Positions 43,066 to 61,251 of a stretch of DNA of 64,000 nt are shown one piece after another. Position 1 is the first letter of the stretch; each line of letters begins with the position of its first letter. The translations under genes and the position numbers were made by a program. The stretch is from Chrysomallon squamiferum (taxonomy: Eukaryota > Animalia > Mollusca), in the NCBI GenBank assembly GCA_012295275.1, contig CM022665.1, forward strand, positions 22,010,001 through 22,074,000, read 5' to 3'. Under the pieces are notes generated by a model. The model was not told the DNA's origin and did not search any database. It saw only the letters and a list, made by a program, of their open reading frames with translations.

Positions 43066-44253
43066 ATTTTTAATTATTTTTTTTTATTATTATTTTTAAA
43101 ATTTTAAATTAATATCTATCAAAATAATGCCTATTTATAATAAAATAATAATAAACCGTTCTGGAATATTTCTTAAAATCTGAAATAGGTGAAATTATTT
43201 TATGACAAATAACAAATGTTTGGGCTGCATGCAAAATACAGGATTTATATACACTTTGAAATTTAGAGATCCTGGGTAGGGTATGTGTGTATGGGGGGGG
43301 GGGAGTTTCCTTTTTTGGAATACATACATCAGTCGTTATCACGAAACGAACGTGAACAAAACAGGTGAAGCCCATTGGCGGATATTTTTTAGCGGAAATA
43401 CCCGGATCTGTTTTATTCAGTGAAGGTGAGTATTTCTTTATTTTTTTGTTATTTTAATTTTTTTCAAGATGAATGCTATACCGGAAGTAATTTAAATCGA
43501 GAGACTATTCATTAAATCGTAATTCTTTTCTGAATCAGACTTGTGTTTAGCCCAATAAATACTTTCCGGGTCAAATAGAGTTCGTCAACGCAATTTTCTT
43601 ACCGATTCAGTTCAATGGACTATAATATTTATATTTACTTGATTTATATTAATCAGTTAAGCGAGATAACAGAAGTAAGGAAGTAATTTTTGATATATTT
43701 ATTATTAGTGGTCAAGCTCTCGAAGGTCACAAGTTGAAAATAATAATGATAACTGTAAATAAAAGAAAAATAAATAAATGAAAATGTAAATAAATAAGAA
43801 ATAAAATATATAACGATATGTATGTATGTTTGTCTGTATGTTAATAAACTGTTTTTAAATAAATAAATAATTAAACAAATAATTAAATAAATTAAAAAAA
43901 AAAAAAAAATTAAACAGAAAGATAAGTAGAATATTAATTAAATTTTAATTAAGTCTTAACGAAATTTTCTTTTATTATTTTATAATCTGCAAATACTAAA
44001 AATTTTAAAAACAATATCTAGAAAGCAGATAACACATTTGTGATGCTACATATAAATAGGAAATGGCTCCATATGCGTATCGAGAAAGATTAATTCATAA
44101 ACAAACATCTTTCACTGAGCCAAAGTACCATCATTGCCTAAGAAATATTGGTCAATAAAAAATAATTCAGTAAAATAATTTTGTAAAGTGTTAATAATAA
44201 TAAATAACTAGAAAATGTCTGTGTAAAATTATAATATTAATTTGTACAAATAC

Positions 44254-44285
<32 letters not shown>

Positions 44286-45405
44286 CATACAAAACAAAAT
44301 ACACACACAGATATATACATAAAATGCACATGCACGTGCACTAAACACACATACAAATACATAAAATAAACATACACATACAGACACAGATATACATTTA
44401 AAAAAAAATATACTCGAAATACTTAGGATACTTGAATCAACATTTCTTGAATCAATAATTTATTACAAAGCAGACTGGTTTGTACATCACGAATTCAATG
44501 TATATGCGAATTAGTTAGTAAAAGGACTCTCCTTGCTTCAAGTGTTATAATTATAAAATACCTTTTCAGTGATAAATCATTCACGAAAACTGGTCCTATT
44601 TCAGAAGTGTGTTCGTACAGATATAAATCAAGACTTATATACATTAAAAACAGTATCACTTCCAATTAAGATGACACGTAATAGCAACTGAAACTACTAA
44701 ATATTCCGATCAGAGACAGAAGGTAACTTTTTTTTTTTTTTTTTTTTTTTTTGTGCCGGGAAGACTACAAATAAATGAGTCATACGGTTGTGAAATACTT
44801 TATTAAAATGTGATATGATAATGTTTTATTAACACGTGTTACTAAAAACGTAAAGGAAGTCTGATTAACGAACACGTAAATACAGCCCGTAGTAGCGGTT
44901 GTATGTTAATAGACACGTATACCTGAAACACACGCAATAGATACCAGGAAAGAACGATTATGTATAGTCTCCCTTTTTGCGTCCATTGTTGCATCAAAAA
45001 CATCTGAAAAAAAAAGAAGAGGTTGTAATCACGGAAATGTTACTCAGACACGGGTGTGACTTTGAACGGGTGAGGATCATGATCCAGAGCTGTTAGTTTA
45101 TAGCTTTTACATTAATATGATTGTTACCAACGTAAGAGTATTCGCAGCCCCAGGCTACCACTTAGACGTACACTCCCCGGTGAAGTTTTACGGAAAGTTA
45201 ATGAATGTCTATAAAAATCATTTATAGTCAGTGTATAAATCTTCAAAAATCATTTATAGTTCGTGACTGAGTTATCTATTTTAAGTCTCAAAACATTCAC
45301 TTATGGTCCATGTTATAATTGATTACTTCCCGTATGATGGCGATTACTTTCTCCGGATAATTTTAGCATACTTCCACCAGAGAATAAAACAAGCATGCTT
45401 ACTGT

Positions 45406-45582
45406 GTACAAACTCTCTGAGAAATCTGTATTTTATGTATGTATCTGTGTGTGTATTTTTTTTTTTTTTTTTTTGTGTTGAATTCTATTTGTACAAACTC
45501 TCTGAGAAATCTGTATTTTATGTATGTTTTTTTTTTTTTTTTTGTGTTGAATTCTATTTGTACAAACTCTCTGAGAAATCTG
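45406..45582. repeat. Local tandem duplication (unit about 72-85 bp, about 2.3 copies)
   Basis: TGTACAAACTCTCTGAGAAATCTG occurs three times, separated by near-identical TATTTTATGTATGT...poly-T...GTGTTGAATTCTATT spacers. Confidence 0.9.
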
Positions 45583-45671
45583 CGCACGAAACACACTTAT
45601 TTTGTGAGTGCAGCCAGTATTCATGATTCAAGTACGCTTGTACTGGATCTATTTACGAGATAGGGAAAGGA

Positions 45672-45714
<43 letters not shown>

Positions 45715-46449
45715 ACACACACACAGACTCATACACATACATGCATATATAAAATATAAATAAAACGGTGGAGAGTATTTAAGAGATGCAGATTAATTTA
45801 TTTCTAATGGCAGTTTTCTGAAAGCCTGATAAACAGTTGGTACCTGTGTATCCTGTGTACGTGTATTGTAAATAATTATTTTGTTAATTAATGAGTAATA
45901 AACAAAAAGGATTAACAAAGAAAAACAAAATTTAAGCAGAATAATAATGTTCGAATTACAAAATATATATTTTATATATAAACAATTACGTTATACATGT
46001 TTTTGTTTTGTGAGTAAAATCACTCTAATTTTGTTATTTTGATGGGAAAATGACTCCCAGTAGATGTATCGACACAAAAATAATGTTTCGCCTGAGTTCG
46101 CCTACAGAATAGTCGTTTTCTTTCATTAAAATGATTTCTGTGCTCGGCTAGGCGTGAACTTAGATACTAAGTATACATACATGTATTTTAGGAGCTTTTG
46201 GAACCTGTCGGAAATGATGTCCGGTTATCGGATAAATACACATTGGACGTCTGGTTTTGATGGGAAATAATGGTTTTGCAAAAGGAAAAGGAAAAAAAAA
46301 AAAAAAAAATAAGAAAGGTAATTTACTATATTGTCTATGAAATAACCACAAAAGCAAAATATAAAGAAAATATTAAGCCAGTAGGTCGGTCAGACACAAA
46401 GTTGCTGCATCATGACTGGCACTAATATGGAAAAACGCAGACATATACA

Positions 46450-46730
46450 AACACACACTCACGATCTCACACAAACAAACAAACACTCACGATCTCACAC
46501 AAACAAACAAACACTCACGATCTCACACAAACAAACAAACACTCACGATATCACACAAACACTCACCATCTCACACAAACAAACACTCACGATATCACAC
46601 AAACACTCACGATCTCACACAAACAAACACTCACGATATCACACAAACACTCACGATCTCACACAAACAAACACACACTCACGATCTCATATAAACACAC
46701 ACTCGCGATATCACACAAACAAACGCACTC
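46450..46730. repeat. Minisatellite, CACTCACGA(T)(C/A)TCACACAAA(CAAA)n, about 12 units
   Basis: Directly visible 20-28 bp units. It explains the spurious 170-aa ORF at 46412-46924. Confidence 0.9.
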
Positions 46731-46759
46731 ACAAGCACAATCAAGCTCTCTCCCTCTCT

Positions 46760-46802
<43 letters not shown>

Positions 46803-49800
46803 ACACACACACACACACAAACTCGCTGACTGTTCAACTTAGATTCACACACAAACACATGAGTGCATGCTTAGGTATTCTGGAAATAAACATTACTTGT
46901 TTACCTTCTTTTTCTTCTTTATAAAAAAACAAAAGAAAAACAAATTGGAAACGAAACTAATCTTCTACGTAACGTTTAGTTTGTCTTAAGAATTTTTGTT
47001 TCTGTAGTTTCAAGTTTAGAACTTTTGTTTCATATGTTATTTTTCGGCTCTAGTTTGTATTTCAAATGATGTATTGCAATAAACTAAACGAGACACTAAC
47101 AACCCGCGGGTTGGTTAATCAATCTGTGTTAATAACAAAGCTTCACTAACTAAATGGAAGAGCAGAATTTGAGACAATAACAATATGTCGTTCTGTAATC
47201 AGTAGCACAGTTTTAAACATGACCATTTCATGCTTGCTTGGACGAACACAAAGAGCTGATGTAAAACAATACGTTTCTGTAAGTCTGTACTCTTCATGCC
47301 CAGTAGTTTTCTATGGTAAATATTAAAATTATACTAAAATTATGAAACTGAAACAAATATTTGTCCTCTTCTTTGTCATTGTTCAAGTTTCTTGCATTAT
47401 CACTATTTGTTTTTTGTTGTTTTTTTTCTTTTCTTTATTCTAATGTGTTTATTTTTGTAACACAATTTACGCAGATGATATATTCTTGTCATTTTATGTT
47501 AAAATTATATTAACTGTGTGGGTGAGATTTTGTAATGTGACTTGACGCTTGTTGTCACCGTTCTGTTTTTGAGATGTCTGAAGTGTTATGTACAACTGTA
47601 GTTATACTAATGGAATTACTTCCATGTTTTGTTAGAATATAAAACACATGGGAAAGGGTGGAGCAAGATGTTCAGTCGGAGTCGAACGCCTACTCTCTGA
47701 GTATCAGAGATCAGTAATACTTTATTAACTTCCGTTTGAAAACTTCAGTTCTCTCCCCAGAGGAGAAAATGGTAAACAAAACGATTAATCTATTGTTTTC
47801 TTCATGTAAAATTCATTCTTCGGTTTATTTAGTGTAATCGTCAGCATAAGGAACGTGTTTTATGATTATAGATAAGCATGGATAATTTGCTCTGTCAAAA
47901 TGGTCAAAAACGCTCGTCACTGGGCTGTTTGCCCTTTCTCTGTAAACACCTTGCACCACAGATCTGCTGTAAGATATAATGAGCGTATTATTTAAACTAA
48001 AAAAATATTTTCTTATTACTATCCACATCGAAAATGAACAGCATAACAGTGTAATATAGCAGATATTTATTCAGGCAAAGAAACAGACAGATAGAGAAAT
48101 AGACACATAACACATAGATATATTTAGACAGCCATTGAGAATGAAAGAGAGATATACAAATATATGGATAAACAGATTTACAGATTTAAAATGAGAGTGA
48201 GAGAAAGAGAGATAAACAGATAAATAAACCGACATACAGACAGATATATAAAAAGACAGTCAGAGAGACATATACAGTTAAATAGACAGGGGAATAGAGT
48301 GAGAAAAAAAAATAGGTGAGTGAGTGAATGAGTTTATATGGATTGGTTTATATGGCAGCTCATATAAAAGATTTCTTAAAAGACAAAAGCTGTCAAAAGA
48401 GTGGCCGATCATTGTTCTGTCTCTAAAGCCACCAGTCAGCAAACAACATTAACAGATAGGCCAGTAATGGATGTTTAAATTAACTTGCATGGCGTTAATA
48501 AAATAAATGTATTCATTTGGCACTTATAATTATTATTACAGAAACCAGTAAAAATCAGTGCTTTAGCCCTGTTTGTTAAAAGAATCTCCTCCAAAAACAG
48601 TAATGTTAACCGTAAAGAACTGTCAAAAATGTTATTTTATACTGTCATGCAGATGTCTTAGAAAACCTATTTCTTGAATTGATCAGCGTCAAAACATATT
48701 TAATATATATCTTGTTAAACACGTGAAAGCACATACAAAGATCTTTGACTAATCAAATATGATCTTTTGTTGGAACAGTACATACAGAGGAATATGTCGT
48801 CTATATATGTATATGTATAATTATATATTAATATTTTATCCTGTAGACACTACTAATAGCGGTAAAAAAAATGTCTATATTTTCAATCACTGATAAAAAA
48901 TATAGCTTTTTGGATGAAAGAAATAACTGTTTACTGTCTTAAGATAATAACTTTAGTATGTCGAATGAATGTGTCTACGTATGTGTATATGCATGTGTGT
49001 ATGTTTGTATGCATGTATGCATTAATGTATGAATGTGTGTATATATATGTATTATTTATGTACATCTTTATGTATGCATATCTGTCTATCTCTCTCTGTC
49101 TATCTATATGTGTGTATATATATATTTATATATTCTAAGAAAGAAAAAAGCCTATAAATTAAAATTAATGCACAACACGTCTTTTATGTCGAGATGCAGT
49201 CACGAAGTGCATGAGAAATAATAAATTGGAAATAGGTTTTTATTCACCGTATTCATCCTACACACAAACTAAATTTGAACAAGATTAAAGTTAATTTATC
49301 AGTCAACTTTTACGAGTACTTATTTATAACTCTCAGTTAAATGATACCAATGCTGATTTAATCCTGTAAAAACACATATTTACAGAGTCAAGATCAGACT
49401 ATATAATCGCCTGCGAGGTATATCAATGCTTTCATATATATAAAAAAAAAGAGTTTGTATATTTTTAAAAGATATATCATTATAATTTTTTTTCTCAGAA
49501 ATAAAACACTTTAAAAGCTAAAAGTAATACAAAACCATAGCAACAATAAATAGGTTTTTATGGCAAAAAGCAATTAAAAATGTCATTGTTCTCAACAGAA
49601 CATTGACTTCACCATATCATATATAACTAGACTTTACTGTGGAATTGTAAAAACATCATTTTGTTTTAACCTAGACACAGTGACCCAAACCTCGCATAAA
49701 ACAACACGACTAGCATTCCATAGCAAGATTCCATAAAGTCATTTCCCAATACAGAGACCTACACTTATTTTATTTATTAAACTACAGAATGCGTGCGAAT

Positions 49801-50644
49801 ACACACACACACACAAACACGTACTCATACATATATACATATAATATCAACACTCATACATACATACACACACACAATTACATACATACATACATACATA
49901 CATACACACACATACATACATACATACATACATATATACCTATATGTATATTTAGTGAGTTAGAAAGGGGGAGAGACTGAGTGAGGCAAACAGAGACACT
50001 CACACACACACACACACACATATACATAATTTGGGAAGTTGAAAAGTGGTGACGATTTTTAAAATGAATAAATAAACTGGTTTAAAAACAACTCAGATGA
50101 CAAACATATTATTGTCTCATCAGCTACTAGTCATTTGCTAGAAATAACACGAATCTTATTTGCACGTCTTTACGTTATTTGATACTCCAGTCACTGCACT
50201 CATAATGAAAGGGGAAATAACACAGTATAGCCACCCCACCACCATTGAAAATAATTGTTGAATGAATGAAAAGGTAACTCCTTTAAGATCTCATAATTTT
50301 GTAGGGAATAGCTGGTTTCTGATTTAACATACCAGCTTTATTTTGCGAAGGTTCGAATGGCGCGTATGAGGTGAGGCTCTGCCAATATCTTAAAACTGTA
50401 AACAGTGTTTTTCTTTTATACTGCAATTCTAATTAATCCAAAAACAAATTGAAATTGTTTTATTTTTCAGCTCACGTTCTCGACAGTAATAGATTCATGC
50501 GAGCTGATTTTGTTTTCGCTTAAAAAGACTATACATCAAAACAACAATTTATTTGTTACTCTTTTAATGAAAACCGTTTTCAAAATGGGCCTTTAAGACC
50601 TAAACCAGCAATTAAACATTAAAGAAGAAACTTGAACATATCTG

Positions 50645-50685
<41 letters not shown>

Positions 50686-51627
50686 ATAGACAGATATAGA
50701 TATAGATATTTAAACAAGTAATTTATAGAAGTAAATATAGTTCCGTCCCAAAACACTATATTTTTTGTTAAGTATCCAGAAGGAATAGAAATGTATCTGG
50801 TCGTCACATCTTGCAATCACATACGATGACTGCAGGAATAATTATTAATATACGATTACTGTGTGAACGTACATTTTTATTTTATCAGAGAGAAAATCCG
50901 CAATCCAATACAATGTCAGCCACTAACAGAAAACACCTATTGTGGTTTTTGATGAAATTATCATAGGCATCTGACTGGAAAGGGAGGCAGCCTACAGATG
51001 GCGTTAAGGAGGACTGATCCAGAAATCTTACATGCCTCCACATTTTGCCCTTTTTACGATTAATAAATTGTAAAATATATTTTAGAGTGAAGGTTAGAGA
51101 TAATAATAAAAAAAAGAAAGAAAAAAAAAACAACATTTTTTTTTAACCGTCTATGTGATGTTTTAATGATGATATAAAAAGTAAATAAGAAAATAAACAC
51201 AACTGCCTCATTATTATATTTCATTCATTTATTCGAAATCATTTCAAAGAAAAATCCATACACAGATATAGAAACAGTCAAAGTACAGCAGACATCGTTA
51301 TTTAGTACGAGGGTGCGCAGTATGTTACGTTTGTGTATGTGTGTGTTGTGTATGAGTATATGTCTGTTTGCTTGTTTGTATGTTTGTATGCATACACAGA
51401 CAATACTAAACTATAAGTAATAATATAATTTAATAACACGGACTTTGCGTTGATTCTACGTTTTCATGAATGATTATTTTCAAGTTCTTAATCTCGACTA
51501 CATACTTCCTAAATCCAAAATCAAATTTACTAAAATAGTGTCGTTTTTGATAAGGTGATAAAATGTATGTTAAAAAAATGAAATAATAATAAAAAAAGAA
51601 AAATAATAATAATAATAATAATAATGG

Positions 51628-51658
<31 letters not shown>

Positions 51659-52385
51659 AATAAATAAATAAGTATAGAAAGAAAGAAAAAAAGAAAAATG
51701 AAAACGAACTAGTAATTCGCGGTACTAAAGGTATTCGGTTTCAGTGAGAAAAACTAATTTGGTGAGATCATTTAGTGTCGAAAACGAACGTAGTTTTCCA
51801 AAATATTTTACTACCTGTATTTAATCCGCAATTCAGTACTATATTATTATTTTTATTTCCTTTAGAGAATAAAAGGAACTTTTGTTTTTAAGAAGAATAT
51901 ACTGACACAGATAATCAAATTCACCTTTCATGTATGCAGAATCATCAAACACTAAATACAAATTTGTTAAAACACTGAGACATTGCTATTACTGACTACA
52001 ACACAAACCAAACTATGTTGTATCTTATTTTACATATAAATTCTACAGTCTATTCATAATAATTTCTATTTTTTTTACTCTAATCACATTAATTTAACGT
52101 GATATGTAGACAATCATATAGATAATACGTTTTCTATCGTATAGGTTTTGTCAGTACAAGACATTAACCTGGTTTAATTTATATTTAGAAAATCATCAAA
52201 TGATTTCACTTTTAAGAACTGTCGTAAATAAAGCACACGTAAATCCAGACGTGAGTAATATTAACAAGAAAAACGAAATAACTAGAAAACAAAATGAAAA
52301 TCAGTAACGAACTAAAACATGTAGCGTATCCTTCGAGAAAGATTATATTTATGATATTATAAAATAAAAGAAACAAATTAAACTC

Positions 52386-52423
<38 letters not shown>

Positions 52424-52910
52424 TATAATAATAATAATAATAATAATAAATATACATATATAAAATCATAAAAACAAGTAAGTTAATGAAGAAATATAAA
52501 CAAAACATATATAAAAAAAAAAAAAAAAAAAAAAAAAAGAATAAAAATAAGAAATAAACGAAGGACGAGCAATAGTAAAACAATTTTGAAAACTTAAAAC
52601 ATTCCAGACACTATCCCAAATAAATAAATACAATCAAAAACTGATTCAAAACAAAATAAAACCCACACATCCAACGAATAACGCTTTTACAATATTTTAA
52701 TCTCAAAAAGCAGTCTTAAAGATATACTCAGGTCAAAATAGATTTCTTGTATCTGTAACATGGCGTGTTTTTTCTCGTTCTTTGTTAAATGGCCGGTATG
52801 TATTAGTGCATTTGGCACGCATATATCTAACATACAAATCTCATATTTGTCTTGAGTATCTCTTTAAAATATGAAAAATACAAAAACGGCATATGGTAAC
52901 TCTTTGAAAT

Positions 52911-53514
52911 GGTACGAGGACAAAATCCCAATAAGCAAAATGCCCCAGCACAAAATCCTAACGGACAAAACTCCAACCGCTTGTAGTAAACTTAGACAAA
53001 AACCCGTTGTTGATTTTGTACATTTTTTATATATATATATATATATATAATATATATATAAATAATACAGACATGACTTATTATAAGCCTCCGAAACAAA
53101 GCTGCAATGAAAAAACCTGCCCTACCTGTGAACTAACACTTGGAAGAAAATGTTCACTGCTTTTATTCGTGTTCAACAATGTAACTCGTTTTTACAGTCC
53201 AAGACAGATCACTACCATCTTGAAAATACATTGTCTCGCCTGTAGTTTATGCTGTTCAAACGCATGAATGTACAAGTTTAAATGCATTTAATATCCAAGT
53301 TGATCACTTGAGACTTTTTGATACATAACATATTTGAATAAACACAAGTTATGAAATGATTAATACTCTTAGCTCTTTGTAGATTGATTATATATGTATA
53401 CACACATAAAGTATATTTACTCCTTGTTCTTACAGACCACATCTAAATCTGGATCAAATTGGTTGGTGTTTTGTCCACAGTTGCAATAAGTGGTTGGTGT
53501 TTTGTCCTGGATCC
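52911..53514 (-). mobile_element. Degenerate Mutator-like (MULE) element
   Basis: Ends GGTACGAGGACAAAA and TTTTGTCCTGGATCC form imperfect TIRs, with repeated GGACAAAA-type subterminal motifs at both ends. The 9-bp flanks CTTTGAAAT and CTCTCAAAT match at 7 of 9. An internal minus-strand remnant IKAVNIFF...GRFFH resembles the MULE transposase A...FP...GCxFH segment. Confidence 0.65.
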
Positions 53515-53679
53515 CTCTCAAATAAAGTGCTTCGCGATCACTGTATAAAGCTAAATGTCAGACATCAACGTCCGCGAGCTGTAATTAACATTAGTAATTA
53601 GTACTAGATTCATGGCAGACGACACTTATTTATGTTTGTCTAGACGGCGTTTTGAAAAGTATCTAAATTTCAGCAGCTA

Positions 53680-58474
<4,795 letters not shown>

Positions 58475-58649
58475 CTTGGATAGAAAGAAATAAAAACAAA
58501 TTTTACTATCACAGCTGATGTACTGTGAGATAAACGAATTAAAAAAAAAAAAAAAAAAAAAATTAATAATAAAATAAAATAAAACCACAAAAAAATATAT
58601 ATATTATAATGGACCTGAAAATATATTTAATGGAGTGCGTGCGCGCGTC

Positions 58650-58697
<48 letters not shown>

Positions 58698-59718
58698 GAT
58701 ATATACAAGAAAAAACGCACACCAACAGTAACAAAATTACCGTATGCTCATATCTGTAAATTTTTATTTCCTTCGTTCTGTCATTTATTCTTTTTTTCAT
58801 TCTATCTAGAAACCAGTCATACTTAATGACAACTGATTGCATTTTACAATCACACCAGATACTATAGGAATATAGACAGTCAATTATTTTACAAAACACG
58901 TCTTTTACAAATATGGGAATTTGTTATTTACCAACAACAGAACCGAATAAATGAAATTACAAGTTTTGAAGAAGACATAATATTAGCTATTAAAAAACAA
59001 AAAACAACAGCAACAAAAAAAAATAGAAAACGATGCAGGAATGGGGAAAGATTTTTAAAAAAAGGAGATAAAAGTGAGGTGTGGACATTGTTAACAGCTC
59101 TTTTTCTTTTTTGTTGTTCTTTCCGGAATATGCTGGAGCAGTAACGTATAGCTTCAACGGGGAGTGTATTTAGTAAGATTACAACATGTTTTTTTTAACA
59201 CATACCTGTATGATACAGTTACGCGTGACCCCATGTTACAACGTTTTGTCATCATCACTCACGTTGCCATAATAGAATATACTGAGCCACGCTGTTATTA
59301 TTATTATATATATATTTTTATCTTTTTCTTATACGTTAACATTTGAATGTACAATTCTGGGTATCATGTTAAAAGTCACGCCACTGTGGGTGATATTAAC
59401 ATGAGGGAGATTTAGAAATTCTGACGAATAATATCAACAGAAACAATATGTCCTGTTATAAAACTGATATTTATTGCATCGTAGTTTACAGTTGCACAGT
59501 TACTAATTAATGTGTCTTGTTGAATCTACTGTGATGTATTTTATTTATTCACACAGCTATAAGGTCGGCTTAACCGACAGATTATTGCATCTTAAAACAT
59601 GAAATAAAGAAAAAAATTATAATTACAGTCAATAAGAAGAAATAGCTGAAGTTTTGTTTTTCTAGTTATGTGTATTTCTGTTTATCTGTATATTTTTCTC
59701 TCTGTGTGTGTCTGTATG

Positions 59719-59730
<12 letters not shown>

Positions 59731-59787
<57 letters not shown>
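59731..59787. repeat. (TG)n microsatellite
   Basis: Direct observation. Other (CA/TG)n tracts lie at about 39841-39870, 46762-46818, 50649-50683 and 58652-58694. Confidence 0.95.
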
Positions 59788-59790
<3 letters not shown>

Positions 59791-61198
59791 TATGTTCATG
59801 TTTGTACATGTATGAATGTACGTACGTACGTACGTACGTGTTTGTAAGTGTGAATGTGTGTATATGGAGAGACATATACGCACACACAAATATTTCATTC
59901 TGTAAGACAATACCTTTATGAGACAGATATACGGACAGTCAGATACACAATATTGTGGTCATGTCAACAGACACATCAGTTATGACAGAACAGTATATTA
60001 AAATGTTCTTCTGTTATTATTAAAGTTTACTGTTTATTTGTCATAACTTCCTACAGATATTTGATAACATAAGCGATATAATTTCCAATTTCCAATTTAT
60101 TTTTATCTTTATTTTGATAAAAAAGCAATTCAGTGCACATTGTTTTGCTTGATAATAATGTCTCATTGAAAATAATGATAACATAAAATATAAAGTATTA
60201 TAAAATAAAACTAATAAAATAAAATAAGATAATAAAAAATTCAAGTACAGAAAAATGCACGAAATGAAAAAATAATAACATTAAAGCATGTAAGTTTTTC
60301 TTTTGTTATTTAAAAAAAAAGTAACTGTAATCATGTGTGTTTGTGTGTGTGTTTGTACACACAAACGTACACACATATACATATGTATTTATCGATTTTA
60401 CTGTTTATTTTTTTAACTAATAACATAATTTTATTTGTTTTTTAATTTTATAATTACGAGATAATTTATTGGTAATAGTTTTATCAACTGTATTTTCATC
60501 AATATATGTATGTATGTATGTATATATGTATATCAAATGTGACTATTTTATCATTAGTAACAATTTGTAATAAATGTAACTATATATTTTATAAACTGTA
60601 GCTGTAAGCTATATTATAATATAATCCCTAACTACATCTTTTATAAACTGTAACTACCTAAACTGTAGCTATATAGTTTTATCAAGTATAACTTTTTCAT
60701 CTGACCCTAGAGCAGTGTTTAGATTTTAAAAGCAAAATCAATATTAAATCTCATTTTTATCTGAAATGCTACCACTTTTTTATTTAATTTTTATTTTGTC
60801 TTATTTTTATTTCATTGCATTCTATAAAGGTCAGAACCGCGTCAGAATTAAAAAAAAAAAAAAATAAATAAAAAATACAATAAAATTAAATTTAAAAAAG
60901 AAACACAACAAAATAGTAATATTTGATACCGATATTAACTGCTTGTAATTTCATCTTTATCAACAAATGCCATTTTAAAGAGGAAATATTTATTTTTATA
61001 ACATAAAATATTAGAATTATTGTGCTTTTTCAAAAGTATTAGCAAGTATATATACGTTTTTTTTTCAAACTCAGAACAGAAGTAAAAGAGAGTAAAAAGT
61101 AAAAACCAACATTTTAAATATAATGTTATTAAAAAAAAAATAATTTCATCCATGACCTTGAGGTAAGGTTTCAGTGAAGATAGCTGTAATATATATTG

Positions 61199-61251
<53 letters not shown>

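Noticed and set aside
45406-45582. Repeat-spacer-like pattern resembling a CRISPR array
   Set aside because: The context is eukaryotic, the spacers are near-identical and there are no cas genes. It is a simple tandem duplication.
46412-46924. 170-aa ORF, the longest in the track
   Set aside because: It is a translation of a minisatellite plus (CA)n. The same applies to the poly-I, LS, RE, TH and CV ORFs elsewhere, which come from microsatellites.
50523-50535. AAGACTATAC matching the U3 snoRNA 5' end
   Set aside because: No following box A (GGATCA) or downstream C'/B/C/D boxes.
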